Source: Mizuhopecten yessoensis (taxonomy: Eukaryota). Taken from it: a stretch of 64,000 nt of DNA. How positions within the stretch are numbered: the first letter of the stretch is position 1; every line of letters starts with the position of its first letter. A model generated the notes under the pieces. It ran no database searches. It was not told the origin of the DNA and saw only the letters and a list, made by a program, of their open reading frames with translations. This document shows, one piece after another, positions 23,061-36,572 of this stretch. The position numbers were made by a program, and so were the translations under genes. Where the stretch lies: the NCBI RefSeq assembly GCF_002113885.1, contig NW_018407439.1, positions 58,638 through 122,637 of the forward strand, read 5' to 3'.

Positions 23061-26000
23061 TAATCTCTAAACCACTTTCAATTGAAGTATTGTTGGGGTT
23101 TAATAAAAACATAAAATTGATTTAATATTTTTATTGCATAAATTGAATTAAAATGTATAACATAGATGTATTTTTGGGAGTTTAGATATCGTAACCAAAG
23201 TTAAATTTATCAACTATATAATGGTGTAGAGAGTAAAATTACAACAAAATTAGTAAAAGTGGACAAACCGTAGTGTATTTTCCGGAACGGAATGAAACAT
23301 ATATTTTAAAATGTTTTATCTGTATTTTATCTGTTTATATTCACAGTTGAATATCTCCATCATTATAATAATATTACATAATGAACACTTAATTAAAACT
23401 AAAATATTAATAGGATAATACTATTTCCATTTGAATGCAATCCGGATCACATCTTGCTGTATTCGTTTATCATCATATTTATTACTCTCTACTTTCATTT
23501 TTCGATGGCTTATTGCGGCCTGAAGAAAAAAGTTGTTTTGGAGGGAACTTTTTGGTAATAATTGAAAAACCTTGGAGTAGGCCTAACATTTCTATAGTAA
23601 AACAATCATTTTTTAGAAAATGAAAGATTGCTCGTATCCAAAGTTGAAAATATGCAGGGGACATAATCGTTATATGGGGAAAATTAGTTGAGAGAGCAAG
23701 AAAATGCCATTGTTTTAGATCTCAAAACGGGACAGAAGGGGACAATCATTTGTAGGAAAATATCCCCAAAAAATGTCATGCAATGCAAAGAAATAGTGCT
23801 ATATATGCAATTTTCACTAAATGATACATCTATGTCAATTAATTAGTGTATCAGCTTTATTAGCTGCTGATTATGTGGACGGTTCTAAAGTCGAAAATGG
23901 GCCGAATTAAAAAAAAAACGTTCTTAACTGTGTCCTGGGAAGGTATTCATTTGGGTATCATTTTCAAAAGTCTTTTTTTTCTCAAAACTAACGCTATTTT
24001 GGAGAAGAAATTTAATAAGAACATCCGTTGACCCTAAAATATTTGAACGACATTTAATTAACACCTCTTCAAGGGCATACGTTACCGTGCCAGTATTTTG
24101 CATTTCAAATTCTAGAACCATTTGTGGAAATATCAATTTGTAACCAAAAAGTGGATGGTATGAATTCTTAAAAAGTGAACCAATTTTCTTGAAATTAATA
24201 CTATATGGTTGATAAAATTCGTGGAAACAATTGACTAATGAAAACTTTTCAGTTTTGAGTACTGGCTTTGGTAGATAGCAATCTAATCTAATTCTGTGGT
24301 TTAACCTAATTTGTAAATTAATTAACAATTTACAAGTGAAAAATATCAGATACATATATTTATCCACCATTAGGAGCCTATTTTATGTTTTTTTAAACAA
24401 ATACAAATGTACACAATTGACCTTAAATGACAGACCAGCAAATCTGCATGACCTGTGACCAGAGATTCTGGACTGCAAAAGGTCAACAAAAGATAATCAT
24501 GAAAAGAGCCTGAGAGAATTGTGATCAGTTTGAAGAACAGTGTCATTATTAAAAGTTTTTGGCTTTTTCTAGATATACTAGAGATTGTTTAAAGATTTTT
24601 TCTTTTCAATTTTATTGCAAAGGATTGGTTGGATTTTTAGATTTTACTTCTAAGTAATCTGAAGTTATAAATCTCGAGAGTTTTCATTGGTGATAATCAC
24701 TCTGTATGGCCATTTTCTTGATTCTGTAAGAGGTTTTTAATAGGATGCAGCAAGCCAAAAAATTACCTTTTCTAGGTAAAAATTAGAAAAAGGAATTGGG
24801 ATGACTTAATTTAGGAAAATTATCTTTGGTTATGCAATAAATCCTGAATTTATTGGTTCTGTATCAGTAGCAGATGAAAGTTTTTCCAGATGTCTGCTTA
24901 CTTCTGAATGAACTTCTTTTTGTACATTAAAGTTAGAACTTAAAATTTCCTTCTTTTAACAAATTACTGAAGTTATTAAAAAATGTTCAAGTCATCCGTA
25001 TTGCATAATTAGTTTTTATGGTGATCGGGAATATAAACATGTAAATATAGTTAAAAGTAAACTGAAACCTTGATTATTGCCTAAATTGTTTAAAAATTAA
25101 CTTTTCTTCAACTTTGTACTTAAACCAAGGAGTAATTATTCTAGATTTTTAATTAAGATCATTAACTCTCTCTCAATTAAAATCCATAACCCTGAAAGAC
25201 TTCCAGAAAATATTAGGATAGACTAGCTGACAGATAAATATAATTGGGATATGAAATATTCACCTTGTTATACATATTTTCTACTATTTTCTGTATAGTT
25301 ATATATATAAGGATTGGCTGACAGATAACTAATAGGGATATGAAATATTCACCTTTTAAATGTATTCTATTATTTTTTGTATAGTTTTGCTTTTTATTTA
25401 TTTCTCTTGAAGCAGTTTATGTTTGACTTTGTGTGATCTTCTATGTTGCCAGCAGCTAATTCAATGAGTGAATCATGAATTAATAGAATCTTCCCCTACC
25501 CTGAGGGTGTGACAGAGAAATCTCCAACCCGAGGGGTGATGTTTTTAGGTTGTCTAACCCAACCAAAAATATCACCATTAATTGGTACGAGGAAGCAATA
25601 TATGTAAGCTGTAACTGATAATAATCATCAGACATTTTGTGACATTGATAAATAAGATTTGCATGTCCTTATAGTAAAGTATATATTTTATTCGGGAAAC
25701 TCAACAATCATGTGTATAAATGAAATTATTTTAATCCTGTTTTTTCTAGCATTGTTGTAATCTTAGTTAGCTAGGCCGCTGAGAAAAAAAAAGTTTTTTC
25801 CACTTTTGGCTCTGAACAAATTAGGGAAGGAAGGAAACCATGTTTTTGATGCAAATAGATAGCAGAATCGCACGAGCAGTACTGTAACCCTTTGATTATT
25901 GTGCAATTAACAAGTAAAATCCTGTTATACCATGTTTAATGCTTATATTGCACGATGGTTTTATTTTTGTTGTATTTGTAGCACTGGAATAAGATGTGAG

Positions 26001-26182
26001 GTTATACTAGACGGTGGATGCTTTCTTATTGTACAGCTATACTGGACACCTGTGTTTTTTATGAACAGGGAGTGTCTTTGATGGAATAGTAACATATACT
26101 TCATTCAGAAGTATGGTCAAGACATATGATGAATTTTACATACTTTTGGTCCAAGTATTTTTATTTTATTTTTATTACCCTA

Positions 26183-27010
26183 TTTTTTAGCCCACCATCA
26201 TCTGATGGTGGGCTATTCAAATCACCCTGCGTCAGTGGTCTGTCGTCCGTCCGTTGTCCGTCGTCCGTTGTCTGTCGTCCGTCCGTAAACATTTCTTTGT
26301 TATCGGTATTTCTCAAGAAGTACCAGAGGGATCTTTCTCAAATTTTATATGCAGGTTCCCCTTGGTCCTTAGCTGTGCAGGGCAACTTTTGAGACTGATC
26401 GTTTAAACAACATGGCCAACAGGCAGCCATCTTTGATTTTGATATTGAAAGTTTGTTACCGCTATTTCTCCGGAAGAACTAGAGGGATCTTTCTTAAATT
26501 TTATATGTAGGTTCCCCTTGGTCCTAGCTGTGCAGGGCAATTTTAGAGACTGATTGGATAAACAACAAGGCTGACAGGCAGCCATCTTGGATTTTGATAG
26601 TGAAAGTTTGTTATCGCTATTTATCGGGAAGTACGGGAGGGATCTTTCTCAAATTTTAAATGTAGGTTCCCCTTGATCCCTCGTTGTGTATGTTATATTT
26701 TGAGACTGATCATAAAAACAAAATGGAATAAAAGAAGAACTAAACAGATCTTTCTCATTGCAATGATCGATTCTATTTCTTTCACATTAAGTACTGTACT
26801 AGTCAATATGTGAAATGACAAACTCACTTTGAAGGTTGGCTTTCATACACATCAGTATTAAGTTTAGATCAAAAGTTACCTCAAGGTGCATTTACTGTTA
26901 ACATGACTCAATCAAACAGATTAGAGGAAAGAAGAGAAAAGATTGAACTGACAAAGAACTAATGAAGATGGTACAGAGGTGGGCGCCAAGATCCCTCTGG
27001 GATCTCTTGT
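26183..27010 (+). mobile_element. Complete HINE (non-autonomous Helentron) with an internal 156-bp tandem array (about 2.7 units)
   Basis: T-run, AGCCCACCATC-atct-GATGGTGGGCT hairpin, (CGTC)n microsatellite, 156-bp repeats, GTGGGC subTIR and terminal palindrome CAAGATCCCTCTGGGATCTCTTG. Confidence 0.85.
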
Positions 27011-28777
27011 AATGAGATTGCTAGAGGATGTTTTGTGGGTTAAGCTAACTTTCAACACCAAAATAAGAAAAACAGAACATGAATAGTTTGTTATTAACAG
27101 AATTTGTCTAAAAAATACATTATGCATTATTGTGATATTATGGGTCTCCTATGTAAGTATAATGATTTAATGTATTTTTTGTCTTCCTCATCTTAAGTGT
27201 TTATATGTTTGTATGACAGGGAGAAGCCATACAGGTTATGGAACGGAGAGGTGATGAGAGCTGTGAATGGGAGAAGATTATTGATTCCCTGGAAACAACT
27301 GGATGCTGTACTGGTTTAACTCATTCACCCCTGAAGTTTCATAATGAACTATTCCAACCTTTGAATTGGAAGAGTTCAAGTGTGTCTTCAGGGGTGAATG
27401 AGTTAAGTATGGGAGAGAGTATTACATGAAAGAACATCTTATCGTTTTGATGGACCATTCATTTACATGTATCACATAGGGAAAAAAGCCATCTCATGAT
27501 TGTCAATTTGTCATAAGTGTATTTTGTCGATCTGAATTGTCATGGTTACAAGGGAAAACCTGGCAAAATTAATTGATTCAATTATATTAATCACAGTGTT
27601 TATTCAACGAAAATATTGATCTTGATTCGTGGCTAAATATAGTCTGTAAAAGAACAGCTTTCATCAGCAGAATTCCCAATTTGATGGCGGTCTGATACAG
27701 AATCAGATAAGGTTCCCTAGCTGAGCTAATTAGCAGGTTTTGACTGAAGTTATTTGTAAGATGTCATTCTACGACCTAATCACTTGTTGATATAAAACAG
27801 GCAGTATATACTTGCACTGTCAAAATATTGACAAAAATGAAAAACAGGAAATTGGAAAATTGGGGATAATTGGAAGAAATTGTTATTTTTATACCTTTCA
27901 ATTGTTTTTATCTTTCCTGTATTGGGTTTCGATAGTTTTTATAGCCTAGAAACAAAATTAAAAAATAACAGAGATAGCCATATCATGTTACCTCGAATGT
28001 GTTATTGATTAGAATTTTTTTAATATCTACCTGAAAATATTATACATCTGTTTCAAGATAGAAAGATGTGTGATAAGCTTTTTTTTTTTAATATATTTAT
28101 GACACAAGAAAACCAAGATTAACATTTTCCCTTGACGACAAATGTAATAATAGATTTTTTACGACGTAAAATATCTTCAAAGCTGTACCATGTATGGAGA
28201 TTGCATATAAAAGTGATCATAGGGTGTGCTGCTAGTCACTGAAACAAGATTTATTTTTGATAACTCGGAATATGATCAATTTGTTTTAAATAGCAGTCTT
28301 TGTGTACTATAAAAATTCAATCTTTGATATTTTGAACATTGATCTGAATATTCATAAATGAACTTTGTGCATGTCTTACCCAGACACGATATGACAACAA
28401 TATGCAAATGAAATGGGTTGAATACTGTTAACCTTGTTTATTCAATGGTTACCTGGACTGAAGCTAACCTGATGGTCTATTGTGTCCTTGGTAATTATAT
28501 TATTAACAGCATATTTAGTTGGTTTTTATAAGTTTACAATCCAGAGTTAGATCTAAATCTAAACGTCACAAGACATATTTTCCAATATGTAAGTCTGGGT
28601 GGTTGATGTTGATGGAACATGTAAGGGATGTATCCATTGAAATCCGGGGGTTATCAATCTTATACTTAAAACAAATCTGTCAATCCTTCCATTTTTAATA
28701 GTAATGCAACAATTTGATCACATTTCTTTTAGACTTATTCAACAGGATTTTACAAGCCTTTGAAAATTGGATAAAGA

Positions 28778-30893
28778 GGATATTGAACATCTCATTTTGC
28801 CTGTAGATCCATAAGTCATTACAGGATATAGAACATCTCATTTTACCTGTAGATCCATAAGTCATTACAGGATATAGAACATCTCATTTTACCTGTAGAT
28901 CCATAAGTCATTACAGGATATAGAACATCTCATTTTACCTGTAGATCCATAAGTCATTACAGGATATAGAACATCTCATTTTACCTGTAGATCCATAAGT
29001 CATTACAGGATATAGAACATCTCATTTTACCTGTAGATCCATAAGTCATTACAGGATATAGAACATCTCATTTTACCTGTAGATCCATAAGTCATTACAG
29101 GATATAGAACATCTCATTTTACCTGTAGATCCATAAGTCATTACAGGATATAGAACATCTCATTTTACCTGTAGATCCATAAGTCATTACAGGATATAGA
29201 ACATCTCATTTTACCTGTAGATCCATAAGTCATTACAGGATATAGAACATCTCATTTTACCTGTAGATCCATAAGTCATTACAGGATATAGAACATCTCA
29301 TTTTACCTGTAGATCCATAAGTCATTACAGGATATAGAACATCTCATTTTACCTGTAGATCCATAAGTCATTACAGGATATAGAACATCTCATTTTACCT
29401 GTAGATCCATAAGTCATTACAGGATATAGAACATCTCATTTTACCTGTAGATCCATAAGTCATTACAGGATATAGAACATCTCATTTTACCTGTAGATCC
29501 ATAAGTCATTACAGGATATAGAACATCTCATTTTACCTGTAGATCCATAAGTCATTACAGGATATAGAACATCTCATTTTACCTGTAGATCCATAAGTCA
29601 TTACAGGATATAGAACATCTCATTTTACCTGTAGATCCATAAGTCATTACAGGATATAGAACATCTCATTTTACCTGTAGATCCATAAGTCATTACAGGA
29701 TATAGAACATCTCATTTTACCTGTAGATCCATAAGTCATTACAGGATATAGAACATCTCATTTTACCTGTAGATCCATAAGTCATTACAGGATATAGAAC
29801 ATCTCATTTTACCTGTAGATCCATAAGTCATTACAGGATATAGAACATCTCATTTTACCTGTAGATCCATAAGTCATTACAGGATATAGAACATCTCATT
29901 TTACCTGTAGATCCATAAGTCATTACAGGATATAGAACATCTCATTTTACCTGTAGATCCATAAGTCATTACAGGATATAGAACATCTCATTTTACCTGT
30001 AGATCCATAAGTCATTACAGGATATAGAACATCTCATTTTACCTGTAGATCCATAAGTCATTACAGGATATAGAACATCTCATTTTACCTGTAGATCCAT
30101 AAGTCATTACAGGATATAGAACATCTCATTTTACCTGTAGATCCATAAGTCATTACAGGATATAGAACATCTCATTTTACCTGTAGATCCATAAGTCATT
30201 ACAGGATATAGAACATCTCATTTTACCTGTAGATCCATAAGTCATTACAGGATATAGAACATCTCATTTTACCTGTAGATCCATAAGTCATTACAGGATA
30301 TAGAACATCTCATTTTACCTGTAGATCCATAAGTCATTACAGGATATAGAACATCTCATTTTACCTGTAGATCCATAAGTCATTACAGGATATAGAACAT
30401 CTCATTTTACCTGTAGATCCATAAGTCATTACAGGATATAGAACATCTCATTTTACCTGTAGATCCATAAGTCATTACAGGATATAGAACATCTCATTTT
30501 ACCTGTAGATCCATAAGTCATTACAGGATATAGAACATCTCATTTTACCTGTAGATCCATAAGTCATTACAGGATATAGAACATCTCATTTTACCTGTAG
30601 ATCCATAAGTCATTACAGGATATAGAACATCTCATTTTACCTGTAGATCCATAAGTCATTACAGGATATAGAACATCTCATTTTACCTGTAGATCCATAA
30701 GTCATTACAGGATATAGAACATCTCATTTTACCTGTAGATCCATAAGTCATTACAGGATATAGAACATCTCATTTTACCTGTAGATCCATAAGTCATTAC
30801 AGGATATAGAACATCTCATTTTACCTGTAGATCCATAAGTCATTACAGGATATTGAACATCTCATTTTACCTGTAGATCCATAAGTCATTACA
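28778..30893. repeat. 46-bp near-perfect tandem array (about 46 units)
   Basis: AGGATATAGAACATCTCATTTTACCTGTAGATCCATAAGTCATTAC. Confidence 0.98.
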
Positions 30894-31539
30894 GAATCTG
30901 GAATATGCATTTTACCTCATTATACCGCATTTCATTGTTTTCAAGAGCAAATACATAAATGATTTCAAGATCTCATCTCATTTTACCTGCAGATGCATTT
31001 TAAAGGCATTACAGGATGTAGGACATCTCATTTTCCTGTAACTTTTAAATTCTTTATAACAAGATCTATATCAATTTACATTAAAGAAACTCAAAAACAC
31101 ATCTTTCTCTACTGTCAGACTACTAAAATTTGATAATGTTAAATGGATCCATATTGAGAAGAGCATTCTGCACTGGACATAACCCACAATAAGTTTTGGT
31201 TATATACAAAATGTACCTAGGTGTCGTTCTGTATTTCTGCTATACCAATCATTCTTGGTGTATTGTATATCTACTCATCTAGATCATCTCATTTTACCTG
31301 TATATCCATAAGTCATGACAGGATGTAGGACATCCCATTTACCTGTAGATCCATAAGTCATTACAGGATATAGAACATCTCATTTTAAAATAAGTTTTGG
31401 TTATATACAAAATGTACCTAGGTGTCGGTCTGTATTTCTGCTATACCAATCATTCTTGGTGTATTGTATACCTACTGAAATTATTAGGTAGATGAGCAGT
31501 TCTTTGAAATATTTGGAACTGTCTGTGATTGTGTATATC

Positions 31540-31735
31540 TGTAGCTACAATCACTAACCCTTCACCACTGTGTTGCAAGTTTGAGGCCTGTGGGACAGTC
31601 GCCAGGTACCGGCCGCTGCGGTCGGTGGTTTCTTTTTTTTGGTACTCAGGATTTCCTCCACCACCAAAACCTTACTGGTCCTGAAGGACCATATCTGCTA
31701 ACAGAATGTAAAGCACAAACAACCCAAACCAAGTC
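31540..31735 (+). mobile_element. tRNA-derived SINE, degenerate 5'-eroded copy (V-domain-like core)
   Basis: CACTAACCCTTCACCACTG...GGTCGGTGGTTT...GGTACTCAGGATTTCCTCCACC...CAAAC tail; homologous to 38085-38285. Confidence 0.65.
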
Positions 31736-32266
31736 GGTGTATATCCGTGACTGTCACGTTTTGGTAACTGGAAGTACACAAAATTTAGTGTGATATTGGA
31801 GAATATTTTACCTTAGTTATAATTCAATACTTAACATCTTGCTGAGAGAAGTATATGGGTTATGACATTTTTTGATTGTTCATAAAGTAAGTAGGAAGAA
31901 GCTTTTTCATGAAAAAGTTGGAAATATCAGTAGAAGGTGTCATATTCAAACATCTATTCTACCTTTCGAAAATTGTTTGATACATGAATAAGTGTCTACT
32001 TGCAGAAATGATACAGTTAACATACCTCAGATAGATTGTAGCTGTTTATTGGTGGCAAAGCAAAAAACTGAACATTAATTTATGATAGTCCAGTCAATTG
32101 CATCAATAAATTGAATTGAGTAACTAAATTGGTTTAGCCACAAATATGCGTTGTGGTGTAGGGAAACAGCTGTCTATACATAGATCAGTCCTAGCTGTGT
32201 TTTTACACCAGGTGGGTTATAACAGATAAATTAGTCATTTTCCTGGACATTTTCACTTTAAAATTT

Positions 32267-34683
32267 GAGTACCTGGACCATTACTTACTCCTGAGATAGG
32301 CTGAGTGTTACCTTCAGTGTAAGTTTAAATTGGAGTACCTGTACCATTACCTACTCCTGAGATAGGCTGAGTGTTACCTTCAGTGTAAGTTTAAATTGGA
32401 GTACCTGGACCATTACCTACTCCTGAGATAGGCTGAGTGTTACCTTCAGTGTAAGTTTAAATTGGAGTACCTGGACCATTACCTACTCCTGAGATAGGCT
32501 GAGTGTTACCTTCAGTGTAAGTTTAAATTGGAGTACCTGGACCATTACCTACTCCTGAGATAGGTTGAGTGTTACCTTCAGTGTAAGTTTAAATTGGAGT
32601 ACCTGGACCATTACCTACTCCTGAGATAGGTTGAGTGTTACCTTCAGTGTAAGTTTAAATTGGAGTACCTGGACCATTACCTACTCCTGAGATAGGTTGA
32701 GTGTTACCTTCAGTGTAAGTTTAAATTGGAGTACCTGGACCATTACCTACTCCTGAGATAGGTTGAGTGTTACCTTCAGTGTAAGTTTAAATTGGAGTAC
32801 CTGGACCATTACCTACTCCTGAGATAGGTTGAGTGTTACCTTCAGTGTAAGTTTAAATTGGAGTACCTGGACCATTACCTACTCCTGAGATAGGTTGAGT
32901 GTTACCTTCAGTGTAAGTTTAAATTGGAGTACCTGGACCATTACCTACTCCTGAGATAGGTTGAGTGTTACCTTCAGTGTAAGTTTAAATTGGAGTACCT
33001 GGACCATTACCTACTCCTGAGATAGGTTGAGTGTTACCTTCAGTGTAAGTTTAAATTGGAGTACCTGGACCATTACCTACTCCTGAGATAGGTTGAGTGT
33101 TACCTTCAGTGTAAGTTTAAATTGGAGTACCTGGACCATTACCTACTCCTGAGATAGGTTGAGTGTTACCTTCAGTGTAAGTTTAAATTGGAGTACCTGG
33201 ACCATTACCTACTCCTGAGATAGGTTGAGTGTTACCTTCAGTGTAAGTTTAAATTGGAGTACCTGGACCATTACCTACTCCTGAGATAGGTTGAGTGTTA
33301 CCTTCAGTGTAAGTTTAAATTGGAGTACCTGGACCATTACCTACTCCTGAGATAGGTTGAGTGTTACCTTCAGTGTAAGTTTAAATTGGAGTACCTGGAC
33401 CATTACCTACTCCTGAGATAGGTTGAGTGTTACCTTCAGTGTAAGTTTAAATTGGAGTACCTGGACCATTACCTACTCCTGAGATAGGTTGAGTGTTACC
33501 TTCAGTGTAAGTTTAAATTGGAGTACCTGGACCATTACCTACTCCTGAGATAGGTTGAGTGTTACCTTCAGTGTAAGTTTAAATTGGAGTACCTGGACCA
33601 TTACCTACTCCTGAGATAGGTTGAGTGTTACCTTCAGTGTAAGTTTAAATTGGAGTACCTGGACCATTACCTACTCCTGAGATAGGTTGAGTGTTACCTT
33701 CAGTGTAAGTTTAAATTGGAGTACCTGGACCATTACCTACTCCTGAGATAGGTTGAGTGTTACCTTCAGTGTAAGTTTAAATTGGAGTACCTGGACCATT
33801 ACCTACTCCTGAGATAGGTTGAGTGTTACCTTCAGTGTAAGTTTAAATTGGAGTACCTGGACCATTACCTACTCCTGAGATAGGTTGAGTGTTACCTTCA
33901 GTGTAAGTTTAAATTGGAGTACCTGGACCATTACCTACTCCTGAGATAGGTTGAGTGTTACCTTCAGTGTAAGTTTAAATTGGAGTACCTGGACCATTAC
34001 CTACTCCTGAGATAGGTTGAGTGTTACCTTCAGTGTAAGTTTAAATTGGAGTACCTGGACCATTACCTACTCCTGAGATAGGTTGAGTGTTACCTTCAGT
34101 GTAAGTTTAAATTGGAGTACCTGGACCATTACCTACTCCTGAGATAGGTTGAGTGTTACCTTCAGTGTAAGTTTAAATTGGAGTACCTGGACCATTACCT
34201 ACTCCTGAGATAGGTTGAGTGTTACCTTCAGTGTAAGTTTAAATTGGAGTACCTGGACCATTACCTACTCCTGAGATAGGTTGAGTGTTACCTTCAGTGT
34301 AAGTTTAAATTGGAGTACCTGGACCATTACCTACTCCTGAGATAGGTTGAGTGTTACCTTCAGTGTAAGTTTAAATTGGAGTACCTGGACCATTACCTAC
34401 TCCTGAGATAGGTTGAGTGTTACCTTCAGTGTAAGTTTAAATTGGAGTACCTGGACCATTACCTACTCCTGAGATAGGCTGAGTGTTACCTTCAGTGTAA
34501 GTTTAAATTGGAGTACCTGGACCATTACCTACTCCTGAGATAGGTTGAGTGTTACCTTCCGTGTAAGTTTAAATTGGAGTACCTGGACCATTACTTACTC
34601 CGGAGATAGGTTGAGTGTTACCTTCCGTGTAAGTTTAAATTGGAGTACCTGGACCATTACCTACTCCTGAGATAGGTTGAGTA
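32267..34683. repeat. 66-bp near-perfect tandem array (about 36 units), unrelated to the 1-1651 array
   Basis: GAGTACCTGGACCATTACCTACTCCTGAGATAGGTTGAGTGTTACCTTCAGTGTAAGTTTAAATTG. Confidence 0.98.
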
Positions 34684-34965
34684 TTCCTTTTCATTATAAA
34701 TGAAAACTGTACTTATAATGTCATTAGATACATACACATACAGTCATCAGTAAGGTGTTTAAATGTATACCTTGTCATAAATAACATTGGCTAGTAGAAT
34801 TTAGCAGACCTTTGTATCATCACTAATTTTAAAAGTCAAATTGAATCTATCACTTTGAAGTTTGTAAAGAAGAGTTGACATTTAGAGAGGATTGTGTCCA
34901 ATTATTTTGCAGGGTTATTAACTGAAATACCATTGTTTTTATTACAGCAGTAACACATGGACAAA

Positions 34966-35276
34966 ATCTCAACTCCAATCTCACAGCTCCAAGATTACAA
35001 CTCCAAGATCACAGCTCCAAGATCACAGCTCCAAGATCACAGCTCCAAGATCACAACTCCAAGATCACAACTCCAAGATCACAACTCCAAAGATCACAGC
35101 TCCAAGATCACAACTCCAAGATCACAGCTACGAAATCACAGCTCCGAAATCACAACTCCAAGATCACTGGTCCAAGATCACAACTCCAAGATCACAACTC
35201 TGAAATCACAACTCCAAGATCACAATTCCGAAATCACAACTCCAAGATCACAACTCCGAAATCACAACTCCAAGAT
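34966..35276. repeat. 14-bp minisatellite
   Basis: (TCACAACTCCAAGA)n; accounts for ORF 34957-35280. Confidence 0.93.
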
Positions 35277-36179
35277 ATGAAAAAACCATGAAGATAACAT
35301 CTGAGGAGACACCAGAACAAAAGAGAAATAAGGTGTTCCTGCAGGGTAAGTATTTCCCCAACACATACTTGTCACTGTTTTTTGGTGTTTCTTAATTAAA
35401 GTGTCATTTAACTGCACATTGATCATTTCCGACTCGACTGTGAAAGATAAATACTGTGAGATTGTTTTACTTCCAGCATGCTAGTGTATACTATTTCTGA
35501 CTGTTGGAATCCCAAGATTGTGTTTTCAGGATTGTAAGAGTTCAAATATGTGTATTCAGGATAACTCGATTGTTAGACACCTGAAAGGTTATCTTCAATA
35601 CAGTGTTTTCTGATTTGTTGATATTCGGCTGCTGAATACAATGATTTTTTGTCTAGATAAAGTTTTATCAGGATTGTTCGCATCAGGATGTAGTGTTGTT
35701 GAAATTGTTGAAGTCTAGAAAGTACAGCCAATGTTATTGATACAGGCGAGATTGGCTTGTCAAACTGTATGTATGACACGTTGTTTGTGTGGAATCATAA
35801 TGGGTACATGTAATGGAGCTGTAAATGGAACCTCCATAAGGTTGGCTTTAGTTTTGTTATCAAATGTTAGAGCTTGGATAGTGATACAAAACTGGCATAA
35901 TTACCATGGGAATGTAACTAGATATTTCATATTTTATACTTACACCTTCAAACAGCGTCTTATTCAGAACGATGACTGTAGTACTGTATTGATGGTTGAC
36001 GTGAAGCCGTCTTGGATTGATTGGCCATATCCACTTTTTAAGGCAATGATGATCAGTTACGTTAAAACCTGAGATAAAACACGTGTATGGTGTTTATTTC
36101 ACGTCACCTGAGACATTCACACAGTTGATGAATGAATGACAACTTTTGCTTGAGTTGTGTTTTGAGGTTTAGATAGAAA

Positions 36180-36572
36180 AATGGAGCTAAGGAGTTGAGC
36201 TAATTGCTAGCTTTTGTCTGTTAGTCGTCCTGGAAGACCAGGAGTGGGGAAATCAATAGCGAGACTGCTGAGATGGATGTCACTGTGTCAACGACAGTTG
36301 TATAGGCACATGGTGGCAGTACACTACCCTGGCCGCCAGTCCTCTACACACACTGCCAGCTTCCCTGTAAAGCTAACCATATCAAAAAGTTTGTTTTTGT
36401 GGTTATTTGTTTACCTCTGTTTTAAAATGGTGTGTATTGTATGAAGTGTCTAATTGTTAATTGCTGTGGGGTTTCTGAGGAATGTGACTAGAGGTTTTCA
36501 AGTCTGCTGGTATTGTGTGGAGTTACACAGGGATCTCAGTGCACTAGCGATGCCAGCTGCAATTGTGAAAAG
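36180..36572 (+). other. Candidate first exon of an unidentified plus-strand gene (ATG 36550: MPAAIVK + phase-2 donor)
   Basis: GCGATGCCAGCTGCAATTGTGAAAAG|GTAAGC: good Kozak -3 G and a consensus donor. CACGTG and CACGTCA motifs lie just upstream (about 36080-36106). 5' boundary is a guess. Confidence 0.4.

Noticed and set aside
23924-24370. 148-aa minus-strand ORF
   Set aside because: AT-rich, F/L/K/I-biased composition with no motif; likely a chance ORF.
24428-24530. Short ORF MTDQQICMTCDQRFWTAKG resembling the start of a C2H2 finger
   Set aside because: No in-frame histidines, stop after 28 codons, no splice support; chance or an unrecognisable relic.
28778-34683. CRISPR-like appearance of regular repeats, also the hairpin repeats at 39418-40062
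   Set aside because: Units are head-to-tail with no unique spacers, there are no cas genes, and the context is eukaryotic.
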